The notes under the pieces are model-generated. The model worked only from the letters and a program-made list of their open reading frames with translations. It was not told where the DNA came from and did no database searches. A DNA stretch of 64,000 nt from Geopsychrobacteraceae bacterium (GTDB lineage Bacteria > Desulfobacterota > Desulfuromonadia > Desulfuromonadales > Geopsychrobacteraceae): positions 1,312,001-1,376,000 of the forward strand of contig CAXXTB010000001.1 of assembly GCA_963676795.2 (NCBI GenBank). The letters are read 5' to 3'. The translations under genes were made by a program, and so were the position numbers. This document shows, in pieces, positions 12,501-22,761 of the stretch. How positions within the stretch are numbered: position 1 is the stretch's first letter; every line of letters begins with the position of its first letter.

Positions 12501-13130
12501 TTGTCTAGGTACTCAGGTCCAGTCTGCCGTTTGTGCAGAAGAGAAAATGCTAAGCTGTTCCTTAAAGGGGACAGATGTTATACAGACAAATGTGCTCTTG
12601 AGCGTCGTAACTACGCTCCTGGTCAGCACGGTCAAAGACGTGGCAAGGTTTCCGATTACGGTACCCAGCTGCGTGAGAAGCAAAAGGTTAAACGTACTTA
12701 CGGTCTGCAGGAAAAGCAGTTCCGCCTTTACTTCAAAAAGGCTGACCGTATGAAGGGTGTAACGGGTGAAAATCTGCTCGTACTGCTCGAGAGACGTTTG
12801 GATAGCATCATCTACCGTCTTGGATTCGCTGATTCCCGTGCTCAAGCCAGAACTCTGGTTCGTCACGGCCACTTCCAGGTCAATGGTCAGAAGGTCAACG
12901 TTCCTTCTTTCCTGGTCCGCGCTAATGACGTTGTCACTCTGCGTGAAAAGAGCCGTGAAGTTGCATGTATCAACGAGTCTCTTGACAGTGTTATGCGTCG
13001 CGGTGTTCCTTCCTGGCTTGAGCTTGAGCGCGATGCCTTCAAGGGTACTGTCAAGGCAATGCCGGTACGTAGTGAGTTGACAACACCTGAATTCCAGGAA
13101 CAACTGATTGTCGAACTCTACTCCAAGTAA
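12501..13130 (+). CDS. rpsD: 30S ribosomal protein S4
   Basis: CRLCRRE, QLREKQK, LERRLD, IVELYSK; TTG start. Confidence 0.98.
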   Translation: MSRYSGPVCRLCRRENAKLFLKGDRCYTDKCALERRNYAPGQHGQRRGKVSDYGTQLREKQKVKRTYGLQEKQFRLYFKKADRMKGVTGENLLVLLERRLDSIIYRLGFADSRAQARTLVRHGHFQVNGQKVNVPSFLVRANDVVTLREKSREVACINESLDSVMRRGVPSWLELERDAFKGTVKAMPVRSELTTPEFQEQLIVELYSK

Positions 13131-13168
13131 TTAACCTCGGAAGCGACTCTTAAGAGGGAGACCCGAAT

Positions 13169-14179
13169 ATGTACAAAAACTGGAGAGAACTGATCAAACC
13201 AAAGCGTCTGGAAGCCGCAGAGCTGACCGATACCTACGGTAAGTTCGTTGCTGAGCCTTTCGAACGCGGGTTTGGCACGACTCTGGGTAACTCTTTGCGC
13301 CGCATCCTGCTTTCTTCTCTGCAGGGTGCCGCTATTACATCGGTCCGGATTAAGAACGTACAGCACGAGTTTTCGACAATCGTCGGCGTCACTGAAGACG
13401 TCACCGATATTATCTTGAACCTGAAAGGGGTCAAGGTGCGTCTGCATGGCCATGATGCGCGCAATATCCGTATCGTTCAAAAGGGTGCGGGTGTTGTCAA
13501 GGCCGGTGACATCATCACTGACAGCAATGTCGAGATCCTTAATCCGGATCATCCGATTGCGAGCTGTGGTGCAGAAACCGATCTTGAAATCGATATGACC
13601 GTTGCCATGGGCAAGGGTTATGTGGCTGCCGACAAAAATCGAGACGAGAATGCACCTGTTGGTACAATTCCGATCGACTCGATCTTTTCGCCGATTTCCA
13701 AGGTCAACTTCAACGTCTCCAATGCGCGTGTCGGTCAGATTACTGACTACGACAAGCTGACGCTTGAGGTCTATACCGATGGAAGCGTCCGGCCGGAAGA
13801 TGCCGTTGCTTTTGCCTCCAAGATTTTGAAGGAGCAGCTGCAGATCTTCATCAACTTTGATGAAGATGAGGAGCCGGTTGAAGTTGAAGAGCCAAGTGAG
13901 AAGACTCGTATCAACGAAAACCTGTACCGTTCAGTTGAGGAACTTGAGCTGTCTGTCAGAAGTGCGAACTGTCTGAAGAACGCACAGATCAACCTGATTG
14001 GTGAGCTGGTTCAGAGATCCGAAGCAGAAATGTTGAAAACCCAGAATTTCGGTCGTAAGTCTCTGAATGAGATCAAGGATATCCTGGCTGAAATGGGTTT
14101 GAGCCTGGGAATGAAGCTTGAAACCTTTCCAGACCCAGACTATATGAAGTTGATGCAAAAAGGTCATGAAGAAGAATAG
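13169..14179 (+). CDS. rpoA: RNA polymerase alpha subunit
   Basis: [33 protein letters not shown]. Confidence 0.98.
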   Translation: MYKNWRELIKPKRLEAAELTDTYGKFVAEPFERGFGTTLGNSLRRILLSSLQGAAITSVRIKNVQHEFSTIVGVTEDVTDIILNLKGVKVRLHGHDARNIRIVQKGAGVVKAGDIITDSNVEILNPDHPIASCGAETDLEIDMTVAMGKGYVAADKNRDENAPVGTIPIDSIFSPISKVNFNVSNARVGQITDYDKLTLEVYTDGSVRPEDAVAFASKILKEQLQIFINFDEDEEPVEVEEPSEKTRINENLYRSVEELELSVRSANCLKNAQINLIGELVQRSEAEMLKTQNFGRKSLNEIKDILAEMGLSLGMKLETFPDPDYMKLMQKGHEEE

Positions 14180-14213
14180 TCCGCTTGGTTCGGAATAAAG
14201 AAAGGATATACAG

Positions 14214-14651
14214 ATGCGTCATAATAAATCAGGGAGACGTCTAGGGCGTAAGCCAGACCATCGTCAGCATATGATGGACAATATGGTGACGTCATTCTTG
14301 AACAGTGAGAAAATTACTACTACTGTAACCCGCGCAAAGGAACTTCGTAAGGTTGCTGAGCGTATGATTACTCTTGGCAAGCGTGGTGATCTTCATGCTC
14401 GTCGTACTGCTCTGAAGACTGTACGTGATCAGAAGGTTGTTGCCAAACTGTTCGATACCATTGCTCCGCGTTACTCTGAGCGTCCTGGTGGTTATACCAG
14501 AATTATCCGCCTGGCAAATCGTCAGGGCGACAATGCCCCGATGGCGATTATTGAGCTGGTTGAAGAAGGCTATGTCGCTAAGAAGACTGTACCTTCTCAG
14601 GCTGCTGATACTGCTCCAGTCGTTGAGGCTCAGCAGGCAGCTGCAGAGTAA
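14214..14651 (+). CDS. rplQ: 50S ribosomal protein L17
   Basis: [25 protein letters not shown]. Confidence 0.98.
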   Translation: MRHNKSGRRLGRKPDHRQHMMDNMVTSFLNSEKITTTVTRAKELRKVAERMITLGKRGDLHARRTALKTVRDQKVVAKLFDTIAPRYSERPGGYTRIIRLANRQGDNAPMAIIELVEEGYVAKKTVPSQAADTAPVVEAQQAAAE

Positions 14652-14692
14652 GATAAAGAGTCTGCCTGGTTTAGGTTGACAACAAAGTAGTT

Positions 14693-14724
14693 AAAAGGGC
14701 AAAGATTCTTCTTTGCCCTTTTTT
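14693..14724 (+). terminator. Intrinsic terminator of the ribosomal protein cluster
   Basis: AAAAGGGCAAAG-loop-CTTTGCCCTTTT followed by T run. Confidence 0.85.
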
Positions 14725-14791
14725 ATTGTTCAAATCTTCAATAAGATCTGTGCCGGTCGGGTTACAAGCTTTTCGGTGTAAGGGGTTGGTT

Positions 14792-16150
14792 ATGCATGAT
14801 GAAAAGATGCAATTGCTGCAAACAACTGTGAGTAAGTTGCTGCGCCGCGGAGCAACACCTAATCTCAGAAAAGCGTTGGGCAAGATCCACCCGGCTGATA
14901 TCGCCCATCTGTTTCGCTATTTCTCACTTGAAGAGCAGAAGACCCTGCTTTGCCTTATTGCCAATACGGCCAGGGCTGCCGATGTGCTGGTCGAACTGGA
15001 TACTGACAGCTGGGCACAGTTGGCTGTTCTGCTCGATAAAAACTATCTTGTTTCTCTTGTTCATGAGATGGCTGATGATGACAGTGCACTGTTTATCCGC
15101 AGTCTGCCGGATGAATTGGCTGAGGAAATTCTCTGCCAACTCAAGGATGACCATTCGGAAGATGTGGAGCGGCTGCTCGGTTATGATGAAGATACTGCTG
15201 GCGGCATCATGTCGACCGAGGTGTTTTCGCTCGATCAGGATCTGACTGTCAGGGAGGCTATCACGGCACTGCAGGACTCTGAAGATTACGAGATGGTCTT
15301 CTATGTCTACGTCACGGATGAGCATAATCATCTTGTGGGTGTTCTTTCCTTGCGTCAGCTGCTGACTGTCCCGCCTTCTACTCGGTTGTGCGATATCATG
15401 TCGACCAATGTGTTGCGTGTTCGGACCGATATGGATCAGGAAGAGGTTGCCGAGCTGGTTGCCAAATACAATATCCTGGCAATTCCGGTCGTTGAAGATC
15501 ACGGTAAATTGATGGGGTTGATTACGGTTGACGATGTCATCGACGTTATGCGTGATGAGGCTACGGAAGATATTTTACGCATGGCCGGTACCAGTGAGGA
15601 GGAACTGCTGCTTGGTAACAAGGCTTTCAAGATAGCCCGTCTGCGTTTGCCCTGGTTGTTGGCGACCCTTGTCGGTGGGGTTGTTACCGGAACCCTGATG
15701 TGGTTCTTCAAGGCAACGCTCGAGCATGCCATCATGTTGATATCCTTTATCCCGGTCATTACCGGGATGGGGGGGAATGTCGGGGGGCAGACCTCGACGA
15801 TCATCGTCCGCGGCTTTGCCACGGGGCGGATCGATTTTGCCATGCTCAGGCAGGTCTTTCTGAAGGAATTGCGTGTCGGCCTGGTGATGGGGGTAACCTG
15901 TGGAGTGGTTATCGCTGCCGTCGCAATGGTCTGGCACCAGAATCTCTATCTTGGGCTGGTTGTTGGTCTGGCGATGGTGGCGGCAATTACGGTTGCTGCG
16001 AGCATGGGTGTGCTGGTCACCGCCTTTTTCAAGAAGATCGGTATCGATCCGGCCATCGCCTCCAGCCCTTTCGTTCAGACCGTCAATGATATCACCGGTA
16101 TTCTGATCTACTTTGGCACGGCTACCGCTTTTCTCAACTATCTGGTTTAA
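14792..16150 (+). CDS. mgtE: Magnesium transporter MgtE
   Basis: N domain (IHPADIA), CBS pair, GMGGNVGGQ and DPAIASSPFVQTVND; start placed at ATG 14792. Confidence 0.93.
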   Translation: MHDEKMQLLQTTVSKLLRRGATPNLRKALGKIHPADIAHLFRYFSLEEQKTLLCLIANTARAADVLVELDTDSWAQLAVLLDKNYLVSLVHEMADDDSALFIRSLPDELAEEILCQLKDDHSEDVERLLGYDEDTAGGIMSTEVFSLDQDLTVREAITALQDSEDYEMVFYVYVTDEHNHLVGVLSLRQLLTVPPSTRLCDIMSTNVLRVRTDMDQEEVAELVAKYNILAIPVVEDHGKLMGLITVDDVIDVMRDEATEDILRMAGTSEEELLLGNKAFKIARLRLPWLLATLVGGVVTGTLMWFFKATLEHAIMLISFIPVITGMGGNVGGQTSTIIVRGFATGRIDFAMLRQVFLKELRVGLVMGVTCGVVIAAVAMVWHQNLYLGLVVGLAMVAAITVAASMGVLVTAFFKKIGIDPAIASSPFVQTVNDITGILIYFGTATAFLNYLV

Positions 16151-16165
16151 AGGGCTGTCGGCGCG

Positions 16166-16912
16166 ATGGCAAGTGAGCAGCAGTGCGAGGCTATCGTACT
16201 CAGGCATATGGCGTACGGTGAAGCAGATCTGATTGTCAGCCTGTTTTCCCGTCAGCATGGGCTGTTGAAATGTTTTGCCCGTTCGGCAAAGAAAAGTCAG
16301 AAGCGCTTTTCCTCCTCCTTGCAGCCCTTCGCTCAATCGGTTTTTCAATATCGCCCCGGGCGCGGAAGCTTGCTGGCTCTTGTGGATGCAGACCTGATTG
16401 CGGCGCGATCCGGCTTGCATACCAATCTCAAGACACTCGCTTGTGCCAGTTACGGTGTCGAGCTGATCGAGTTGCTGCTGGTCGAAGGCGATGCCCAGGA
16501 GGAAGTGTTCCTGCTGCTGGAAGCGTTTCTCGATTTTCTCGCTGCTGATGGGGAATCAGAGGTCGCGAGGGTTCTTTTAGAACTGCGTTTGATTGACCTG
16601 CTCGGCTACCTGCCACACCTGTTGCATTGCAGTCTCTGTGATCAGATTCTGACTCATGAGCTGGTCCGTTTTGACAGTTTGCGTGGTGGCAGTCTCTGCT
16701 CGTCCTGCTCAGGGAGTACTGGGCTTGAGCTGGGGCTGGGCACGCTCGGTTCCCTGTCCCGAATCCTGAGAGTGCCGTTTTCACAGTTCAGTGGTTTCCG
16801 CTTTGGCGAACAAACCTTGAACGAGGGCAGAGCACTCTTGTCTCAGGTTTTGCTTCAGCATCTGCCCCGAGAACCGAAATCTGTCAAATTTATGCAGCAA
16901 ATAGGGGTTTGA
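16166..16912 (+). CDS. recO: DNA repair protein RecO
   Basis: YGEADLIV, ARSAKKSQKRF, CSLC...CSSC zinc finger; upstream of glyQ. Confidence 0.92.
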   Translation: MASEQQCEAIVLRHMAYGEADLIVSLFSRQHGLLKCFARSAKKSQKRFSSSLQPFAQSVFQYRPGRGSLLALVDADLIAARSGLHTNLKTLACASYGVELIELLLVEGDAQEEVFLLLEAFLDFLAADGESEVARVLLELRLIDLLGYLPHLLHCSLCDQILTHELVRFDSLRGGSLCSSCSGSTGLELGLGTLGSLSRILRVPFSQFSGFRFGEQTLNEGRALLSQVLLQHLPREPKSVKFMQQIGV

Positions 16913-16918
16913 CATTGC

Positions 16919-16947
16919 TTGACATCATCAATAGCTGCGGCTAAACT
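16919..16947 (+). promoter_or_regulatory. Sigma70-type promoter for glyQ
   Basis: TTGACA-17 bp-TAAACT. Confidence 0.65.
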
Positions 16948-17002
16948 CGCAACTCTTAAAAAATCGATTGACCCTGTTTGTAGAGAGCTTTCTGGAGGAC
17001 CT

Positions 17003-17872
17003 GTGACTTTTCAGAACCTGATTTTATCGTTGCAAAATTACTGGGCACAACAGGGCTGTATTATTCAGCAGCCTTACGATATCGAAAAAGGCGCCGGAAC
17101 TTTCAATCCTGCCACCTTTCTGCGTGCCCTGGGACCGGAACCCTGGAAGGTTGCTTATGTCGAGCCGTCACGTCGTCCGACCGATGGCCGCTATGGTGAG
17201 AATCCAAACAGGCTTCAGCACTATTACCAGTTTCAGGTGATTCTCAAGCCTTCTCCTGAAAACATTCAGGAACTTTATCTGAACTCCCTGCGGAGCTTTG
17301 GTATCGATCCCCAGGCTCACGATATTCGCTTTGTCGAGGATGACTGGGAATCGCCAACTCTTGGCGCCTGGGGGTTGGGCTGGGAGGTTTGGCTTGACGG
17401 GATGGAAATCACCCAGTTTACCTACTTTCAGCAGTGTGGCGGGATTGACCTGAAGCCGATTCCGGGTGAGATCACCTACGGAGTCGAACGGATTGCCATG
17501 TATCTTCAGGGGGTCGATAATGTCTACGACCTGGAATGGACCGACGGTGTCAAGTACGGCGATGTCCATCATCAGACTGAGGTCGAATTCTCCCATTACA
17601 ACTTTGAAGAAGCTGATACGGCGATGCTCTTTCAGCTCTTTGACATGTACGAGAAGGAATGTATTCGTCTCGTTGAGAAAGAACTGGTTTTCCCTGCCTA
17701 CGATTTTGTTCTGAAATGTTCACACGCGTTCAACCTGCTGGATGCCCGCAGTGCGATTTCAGTTACAGAGCGGGCCAGTTACATAGGACGCGTCCGCAAC
17801 ATGTCCAAGCTCTGTGCTGCAGGATATGTAGCTCAGCGTGAGAGACTGGGTTACCCCCTGTTGAAAAAATAA
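17003..17872 (+). CDS. glyQ: Glycine--tRNA ligase alpha subunit
   Basis: [32 protein letters not shown] start after GGAGG. Confidence 0.97.
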   Translation: MTFQNLILSLQNYWAQQGCIIQQPYDIEKGAGTFNPATFLRALGPEPWKVAYVEPSRRPTDGRYGENPNRLQHYYQFQVILKPSPENIQELYLNSLRSFGIDPQAHDIRFVEDDWESPTLGAWGLGWEVWLDGMEITQFTYFQQCGGIDLKPIPGEITYGVERIAMYLQGVDNVYDLEWTDGVKYGDVHHQTEVEFSHYNFEEADTAMLFQLFDMYEKECIRLVEKELVFPAYDFVLKCSHAFNLLDARSAISVTERASYIGRVRNMSKLCAAGYVAQRERLGYPLLKK

Positions 17873-17912
17873 TCGATCGTAATGCCTGGTTGGTGACTGA
17901 TTGGAGTTATAG

Positions 17913-19976
17913 ATGGCAGCTGAACTGTTTTTGGAACTGGGGACGGAAGAGATCCCTGCCGGGTTTATCCCTAAAGCACTGAAGGATATGGAGCAAATGC
18001 TCTGCCAGGCGTTGGACGATGCCCGTATCGGCCATGGTCAGGTCCAGACCTACGCGACGCCGCGGCGTCTGGCCATTACTGTCCAGGACGTAGAGCCTGT
18101 TCAGCAGCGTCAAGAGCTGGAAATCACCGGGCCGCCTGCACGTATCGCCTACGATGCTGACGGGACTCCGACCAAGGCGGCGATCGGTTTTGCCAAGACC
18201 AACGGCGTAGATGTGACTGAATTGACGACCATCACGACGGAAAAAGGTGATTACCTGTTCGTTTCCAAGGTGATCGAAGGCGGTGATACCAAAGCCGAGC
18301 TGCCGGCGATTCTTGAGCAGTTGGTGAGCAAGATCAGTTTTAAAAAATCGATGCGCTGGAAGGATCTGGATGTGCGGTTTGCCCGGCCGATGCACTGGAT
18401 CGTCGCTCTCTACGCCGGTGAGGTCGTGCCTTTTGCTTTTGGAAATCTGCAAAGTGGCAACACCTCTCGTGGCCACCGTTTTATGGCCCCGGACGAGTTT
18501 GTCGTTTCAGATAGTGCCGATTACCTTGACAAGGCTGAAAAACATCACGTCATTGCCCGGATTGATAAACGCAGGCTGCTTATCGAAGAGCAGCTCTCTG
18601 CCCTGGCCAAACAGCTTGGCGGTACGATCAATCCGGATCCCGAGCTGATGGATGAGGTCGTCTACCTGGTCGAATCACCACAGGCCCTGGCCGGGACCAT
18701 AGAGCAGAAATTTCTCCAGCTGCCCCCGGAACTGCTGATCACCAGCATGCGCGAGCATCAACGTTATTTCACCCTGCTCGATCAGCAGGGGAAACTGATG
18801 CCCCATTTTATCACTATTGCCAATACCCATGCCAAGGATCCTCAGGTCGTGGTCGCCGGCAATGAACGCGTTCTTAAAGCGCGCCTGTCCGATGCCATGT
18901 TCTTCTGGCACGAGGATCAGAAGGTCAAGCTCGAAGCGCGTCTTGAGCCACTCAAAAAAGTTGTCTATCAGGCCAAACTCGGCACCAGCTATGAGAAGAT
19001 TGAGCGTTTCAGGGCGATAGCCGGAGAGTTGGCAGAGCGTTTTGCGCCGAGTGACCTGGATCTGACCCGCAGGGCGGCAACACTGGCCAAGTGTGACCTG
19101 GAAACCGGAATGGTCTATGAGTTCCCCGAACTGCAGGGGGTCATGGGGCGCGAATATGCTTTGCTCGAAGGGGAGGATTCCCGGGTTGCGACAGCGATCT
19201 GTGAACATTACCTGCCAACCCAGGCTGGTGGTGATCTGCCGAGTGATCATGTCGGTGCTTTTGTCTCTTTGGCCGACAAGATTGACACCATCTGTGGTTG
19301 CTTCAGCGTCGGATTGATTCCAACCGGTACCGCTGACCCCTATGCCCTGCGGCGTAACGCGATCGGTATCCTGGCGATTGTTCTCGACCGCGGCTATGCG
19401 CTGTCGATTCCGCAGCTGGTTGCCAGAAGTGTCGAGTTGCTCGATGCAAAGCGGCTGCGTCCGGCTGAAGAGATTGTTGCCGAGGTCGTTGAATTTATCC
19501 GCCTGCGTCTGGTTAACATGCTGACCTCGCAGGGGTTTGCCGCCGATGTCGTCGACGCCGTCCTGGCCGCCAACTTTGCGGAGCCTGTCGATGCGGTCGA
19601 CCGGGTCAGGGCTCTGACGGAATTGAAAGGTCGTGAAGATTTTGATTCGCTAGCCGTGGCCTTTAAGCGTGTCGGCAATATTATCAAAGGGGGTGTCGAC
19701 CTGCCGGTCAACGACCAGCTGTTTGAAGCTGATTGTGAAAAGATGCTCTACGCCGCTCTCGGTGCAGTTGAGACCCAGGTTGCCGGTCTGGTTGAGACAC
19801 GCAATTATCCGGCGGCCCTGGAAACTATCGCCGGTCTGCGCGAAGCGGTTGATGCTTTCTTTGACGGGGTCATGGTCATGGCCGAGGATGAGCAGGTCAA
19901 GACCAACCGGCTGGCCCTGCTGACCCGCATTTCAACGCTATTCAGAGGCGTTGCTGATTTTAATCGAATCGCTTGA
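17913..19976 (+). CDS. glyS: Glycine--tRNA ligase beta subunit
   Basis: ELGTEEIP, TPRRLA, EFPELQG, DPYALRR, NRLALL. Confidence 0.97.
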   Translation: MAAELFLELGTEEIPAGFIPKALKDMEQMLCQALDDARIGHGQVQTYATPRRLAITVQDVEPVQQRQELEITGPPARIAYDADGTPTKAAIGFAKTNGVDVTELTTITTEKGDYLFVSKVIEGGDTKAELPAILEQLVSKISFKKSMRWKDLDVRFARPMHWIVALYAGEVVPFAFGNLQSGNTSRGHRFMAPDEFVVSDSADYLDKAEKHHVIARIDKRRLLIEEQLSALAKQLGGTINPDPELMDEVVYLVESPQALAGTIEQKFLQLPPELLITSMREHQRYFTLLDQQGKLMPHFITIANTHAKDPQVVVAGNERVLKARLSDAMFFWHEDQKVKLEARLEPLKKVVYQAKLGTSYEKIERFRAIAGELAERFAPSDLDLTRRAATLAKCDLETGMVYEFPELQGVMGREYALLEGEDSRVATAICEHYLPTQAGGDLPSDHVGAFVSLADKIDTICGCFSVGLIPTGTADPYALRRNAIGILAIVLDRGYALSIPQLVARSVELLDAKRLRPAEEIVAEVVEFIRLRLVNMLTSQGFAADVVDAVLAANFAEPVDAVDRVRALTELKGREDFDSLAVAFKRVGNIIKGGVDLPVNDQLFEADCEKMLYAALGAVETQVAGLVETRNYPAALETIAGLREAVDAFFDGVMVMAEDEQVKTNRLALLTRISTLFRGVADFNRIA

Positions 19977-20018
19977 AAAAGCTTCAGAGATAGTTTGACT
20001 AATTGCGAGGAGGAACGC

Positions 20019-22679
20019 ATGTCTAAGTATGTTTATTCGTTTGGCGAAGGGAAGGCTGACGGCGACGGCTCGATGAAAGAGCTGCTCGGCGGTAAAGGAG
20101 CCAACCTGGCAGAGATGACCTCGATCGGGCTTCCGGTCCCTCCGGGGTTCACCCTGACGACAGAGGTCTGCAAGGCTTTTTACGATAACAATCGTAATTA
20201 TCCAGCTTCGTTGGCCACAGAGGTTGAAGAAGCACTGAAACTTCTGGAAAAGCGCATGGGGAAAGGGTTCGGTGATGCTGAAAACCCCCTGCTGGTTTCG
20301 GTGCGCTCGGGTGCTCCGGCATCGATGCCGGGGATGATGGATACGGTTCTCAACCTGGGGCTGAACGACACCACTATTCTGGGCGTCATCAAGCAGAGCC
20401 AGGATGCACGTTTCGCCTACGACTCCTATCGTCGTTTTATTCAGATGTATTCCAACGTCGTCAAAGGGATGAACGGTGAGGTTCTTGAGCATCTGCTCGA
20501 GAAAAAGAAGGAGAGCCGTGGTGTTGAGCAGGATACCCAACTGACCGCAGACGATCTTCAGGAACTGGTTGCCGAGTTCAAGGTGAGCTACAAGGAAAAC
20601 CTGAATGAAGACTTTCCGGAAGATCCACATGAACAGCTGTGGGGCGCCATCGGTGCTGTTTTCGGTTCCTGGATGAACCCGCGTGCCGTTGTCTACCGCA
20701 AACTGAACGATATTCCGGCTCATTGGGGGACCGCTGTTAACGTCCAGGCCATGGTCTTCGGCAATATGGGTGATGACTGTGCTACAGGCGTTGCCTTTAC
20801 CCGTGACCCGGCGACCGGCGAGAACTATTTCTATGGTGAATACCTGGTCAATGCCCAAGGGGAAGATGTTGTTGCCGGTATCCGTACTCCTCAGCCGATC
20901 AACAAGGCGAAGCATAAAGACGGCGATCTTCCTGCTATGGAAGAGGTCATGCCAGAGAGCTACAAGCAGCTTGACGCCATCCGCAACACCCTTGAGAAGC
21001 ACTACAAGGATATGCAGGATATCGAGTTCACCATTGAAAAGAACAAGCTCTACATGCTCCAGACCCGGACCGGCAAGCGGACCGCTCATGCGGCAATAAA
21101 AATCGCTGTCGAGATGGTCAACGAAGGCCTGATCAGTGAAGAGGAAGCAGTCCTGCGTGTTGCTCCGGAACAGCTTGATCAGTTGCTCCACCCTTCTCTC
21201 GATCCCAAGGCGGCCAAACAAGTGATTGCCAAAGGCCTGCCTGCTTCACCGGGCGCTGCCAGTGGCAAGATCGTCTTTAATGCCGAGGAAGCGGAAGAGA
21301 TGAACCGTCTGAAGAAGAAAGTCATCCTGGTCCGTATTGAAACCAGCCCGGAAGATATTCACGGCATGCACGCCGCCCAGGGGATCCTGACCGCCCGTGG
21401 CGGGATGACCTCGCACGCTGCTGTTGTTGCCCGTGGCATGGGCAAGTGCTGCGTTTCCGGTTGTGGTGAGATCAAGATCGACTATGAAAAGCAGCAGCTG
21501 ACAACTGCCTCCGGTATGGTTCTCAAGCGCGGCGATGTGATTACCCTGGACGGCGGTCTCGGTGAAGTCATTCTCGGCGATGTGCCCAAGATCCAGCCGG
21601 AAGTCAGTGGTGATTTCGCGATCCTGATGAGCTGGGTCGACAAGGTCCGGCGCCTGAAGGTCCGGACCAATGCCGATACTCCGCATGATGCCAAAGTTGC
21701 CCGCGATTTCGGTGCTGAAGGGATCGGGCTGTGCCGGACCGAGCACATGTTCTTCGAAGGCGACCGGATTCAGGCGGTTCGTGAGATGATTCTTGCGGAC
21801 AGCGTCGATGGTCGCAAGCGTGCTCTCGACAAGATTCTGCCGATGCAGAAAGGTGACTTTATCGAACTGTTCCGCGCCATGAAAGGACTGCCGGTTACCA
21901 TCCGCCTGCTCGATCCGCCACTGCATGAGTTCCTGCCGCAGACCGATGACGATGTCGCTGAACTGGCTCAGGCCGTCGGCATGCGTTTTTCCGACATCAA
22001 AGACCACGTTGCTCATCTGCACGAGTTCAATCCGATGCTGGGTCACCGCGGTTGCCGATTGGCGATCACCTATCCTGAGGTCTATGACATGCAGGTCAAG
22101 GCGATCATGGAAGCCGCCTGCGAGTTGATCAAGAACGAGGGATTCCAGATCGTCCCCGAGATCATGATCCCGCTGGTCAGCCATGTCAACGAGCTGAAGA
22201 TTCTGCGCGCCAACGCCGAGCGGGTTGCTGATGCTGTATGCGCCCTGTACGGTGTTGAGGTTGAGTACCTGATCGGGACCATGATCGAGTTGCCACGCGC
22301 TGCTCTGACCGCTGACAAGATCGCTGAGGCTGCTGAATTTTTCTCCTTCGGTACCAACGATCTGACTCAGACCACATTCGGTCTGTCGCGTGATGACGCC
22401 GGCCACTTCCTGCCGGAATACGTCGAGGGTGGTGTCTTGGATACCGATCCGTTCGTTGCGCTTGATCAGGAAGGGGTTGGGCAGCTGGTCAAGATGGGCG
22501 TTGAAAAAGGGCGCAGTACCCGGCCGAACATCAAGCTGGGGATCTGTGGTGAGCACGGTGGTGAGCCGAGCAGTGTCATTTTCTGCCATAATACCGGCCT
22601 CGACTATGTCTCCTGTTCACCGTACCGGGTGCCGATCGCCAGACTGGCTGCAGCACACGCGGTTCTGAAAAACAAGTAA
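20019..22679 (+). CDS. ppdK: Pyruvate, phosphate dikinase
   Basis: LGGKGANLAEM, catalytic GGMTSHAAVVARG, FSFGTNDL, GICGEHGG; ATG 20019 after GAGGAGG. Confidence 0.97.
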   Translation: MSKYVYSFGEGKADGDGSMKELLGGKGANLAEMTSIGLPVPPGFTLTTEVCKAFYDNNRNYPASLATEVEEALKLLEKRMGKGFGDAENPLLVSVRSGAPASMPGMMDTVLNLGLNDTTILGVIKQSQDARFAYDSYRRFIQMYSNVVKGMNGEVLEHLLEKKKESRGVEQDTQLTADDLQELVAEFKVSYKENLNEDFPEDPHEQLWGAIGAVFGSWMNPRAVVYRKLNDIPAHWGTAVNVQAMVFGNMGDDCATGVAFTRDPATGENYFYGEYLVNAQGEDVVAGIRTPQPINKAKHKDGDLPAMEEVMPESYKQLDAIRNTLEKHYKDMQDIEFTIEKNKLYMLQTRTGKRTAHAAIKIAVEMVNEGLISEEEAVLRVAPEQLDQLLHPSLDPKAAKQVIAKGLPASPGAASGKIVFNAEEAEEMNRLKKKVILVRIETSPEDIHGMHAAQGILTARGGMTSHAAVVARGMGKCCVSGCGEIKIDYEKQQLTTASGMVLKRGDVITLDGGLGEVILGDVPKIQPEVSGDFAILMSWVDKVRRLKVRTNADTPHDAKVARDFGAEGIGLCRTEHMFFEGDRIQAVREMILADSVDGRKRALDKILPMQKGDFIELFRAMKGLPVTIRLLDPPLHEFLPQTDDDVAELAQAVGMRFSDIKDHVAHLHEFNPMLGHRGCRLAITYPEVYDMQVKAIMEAACELIKNEGFQIVPEIMIPLVSHVNELKILRANAERVADAVCALYGVEVEYLIGTMIELPRAALTADKIAEAAEFFSFGTNDLTQTTFGLSRDDAGHFLPEYVEGGVLDTDPFVALDQEGVGQLVKMGVEKGRSTRPNIKLGICGEHGGEPSSVIFCHNTGLDYVSCSPYRVPIARLAAAHAVLKNK

Positions 22680-22695
22680 GCAATATCAATAGCAA

Positions 22696-22729
22696 CAAAA
22701 AAAGCGCCCCGATGAGGGCGCTTTTTTTG
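22696..22729. terminator. Bidirectional intrinsic terminator
   Basis: A7-GCGCCC-loop-GGGCGC-T7 between convergent genes. Confidence 0.9.
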
Positions 22730-22761
22730 TCTGCAGTTTTGACCAGCCTTTATGGTCAACC

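Noticed and set aside
19938..22589. 427-aa and 447-aa antisense ORFs over ppdK
   Set aside because: Shadow ORFs of a well-supported sense gene
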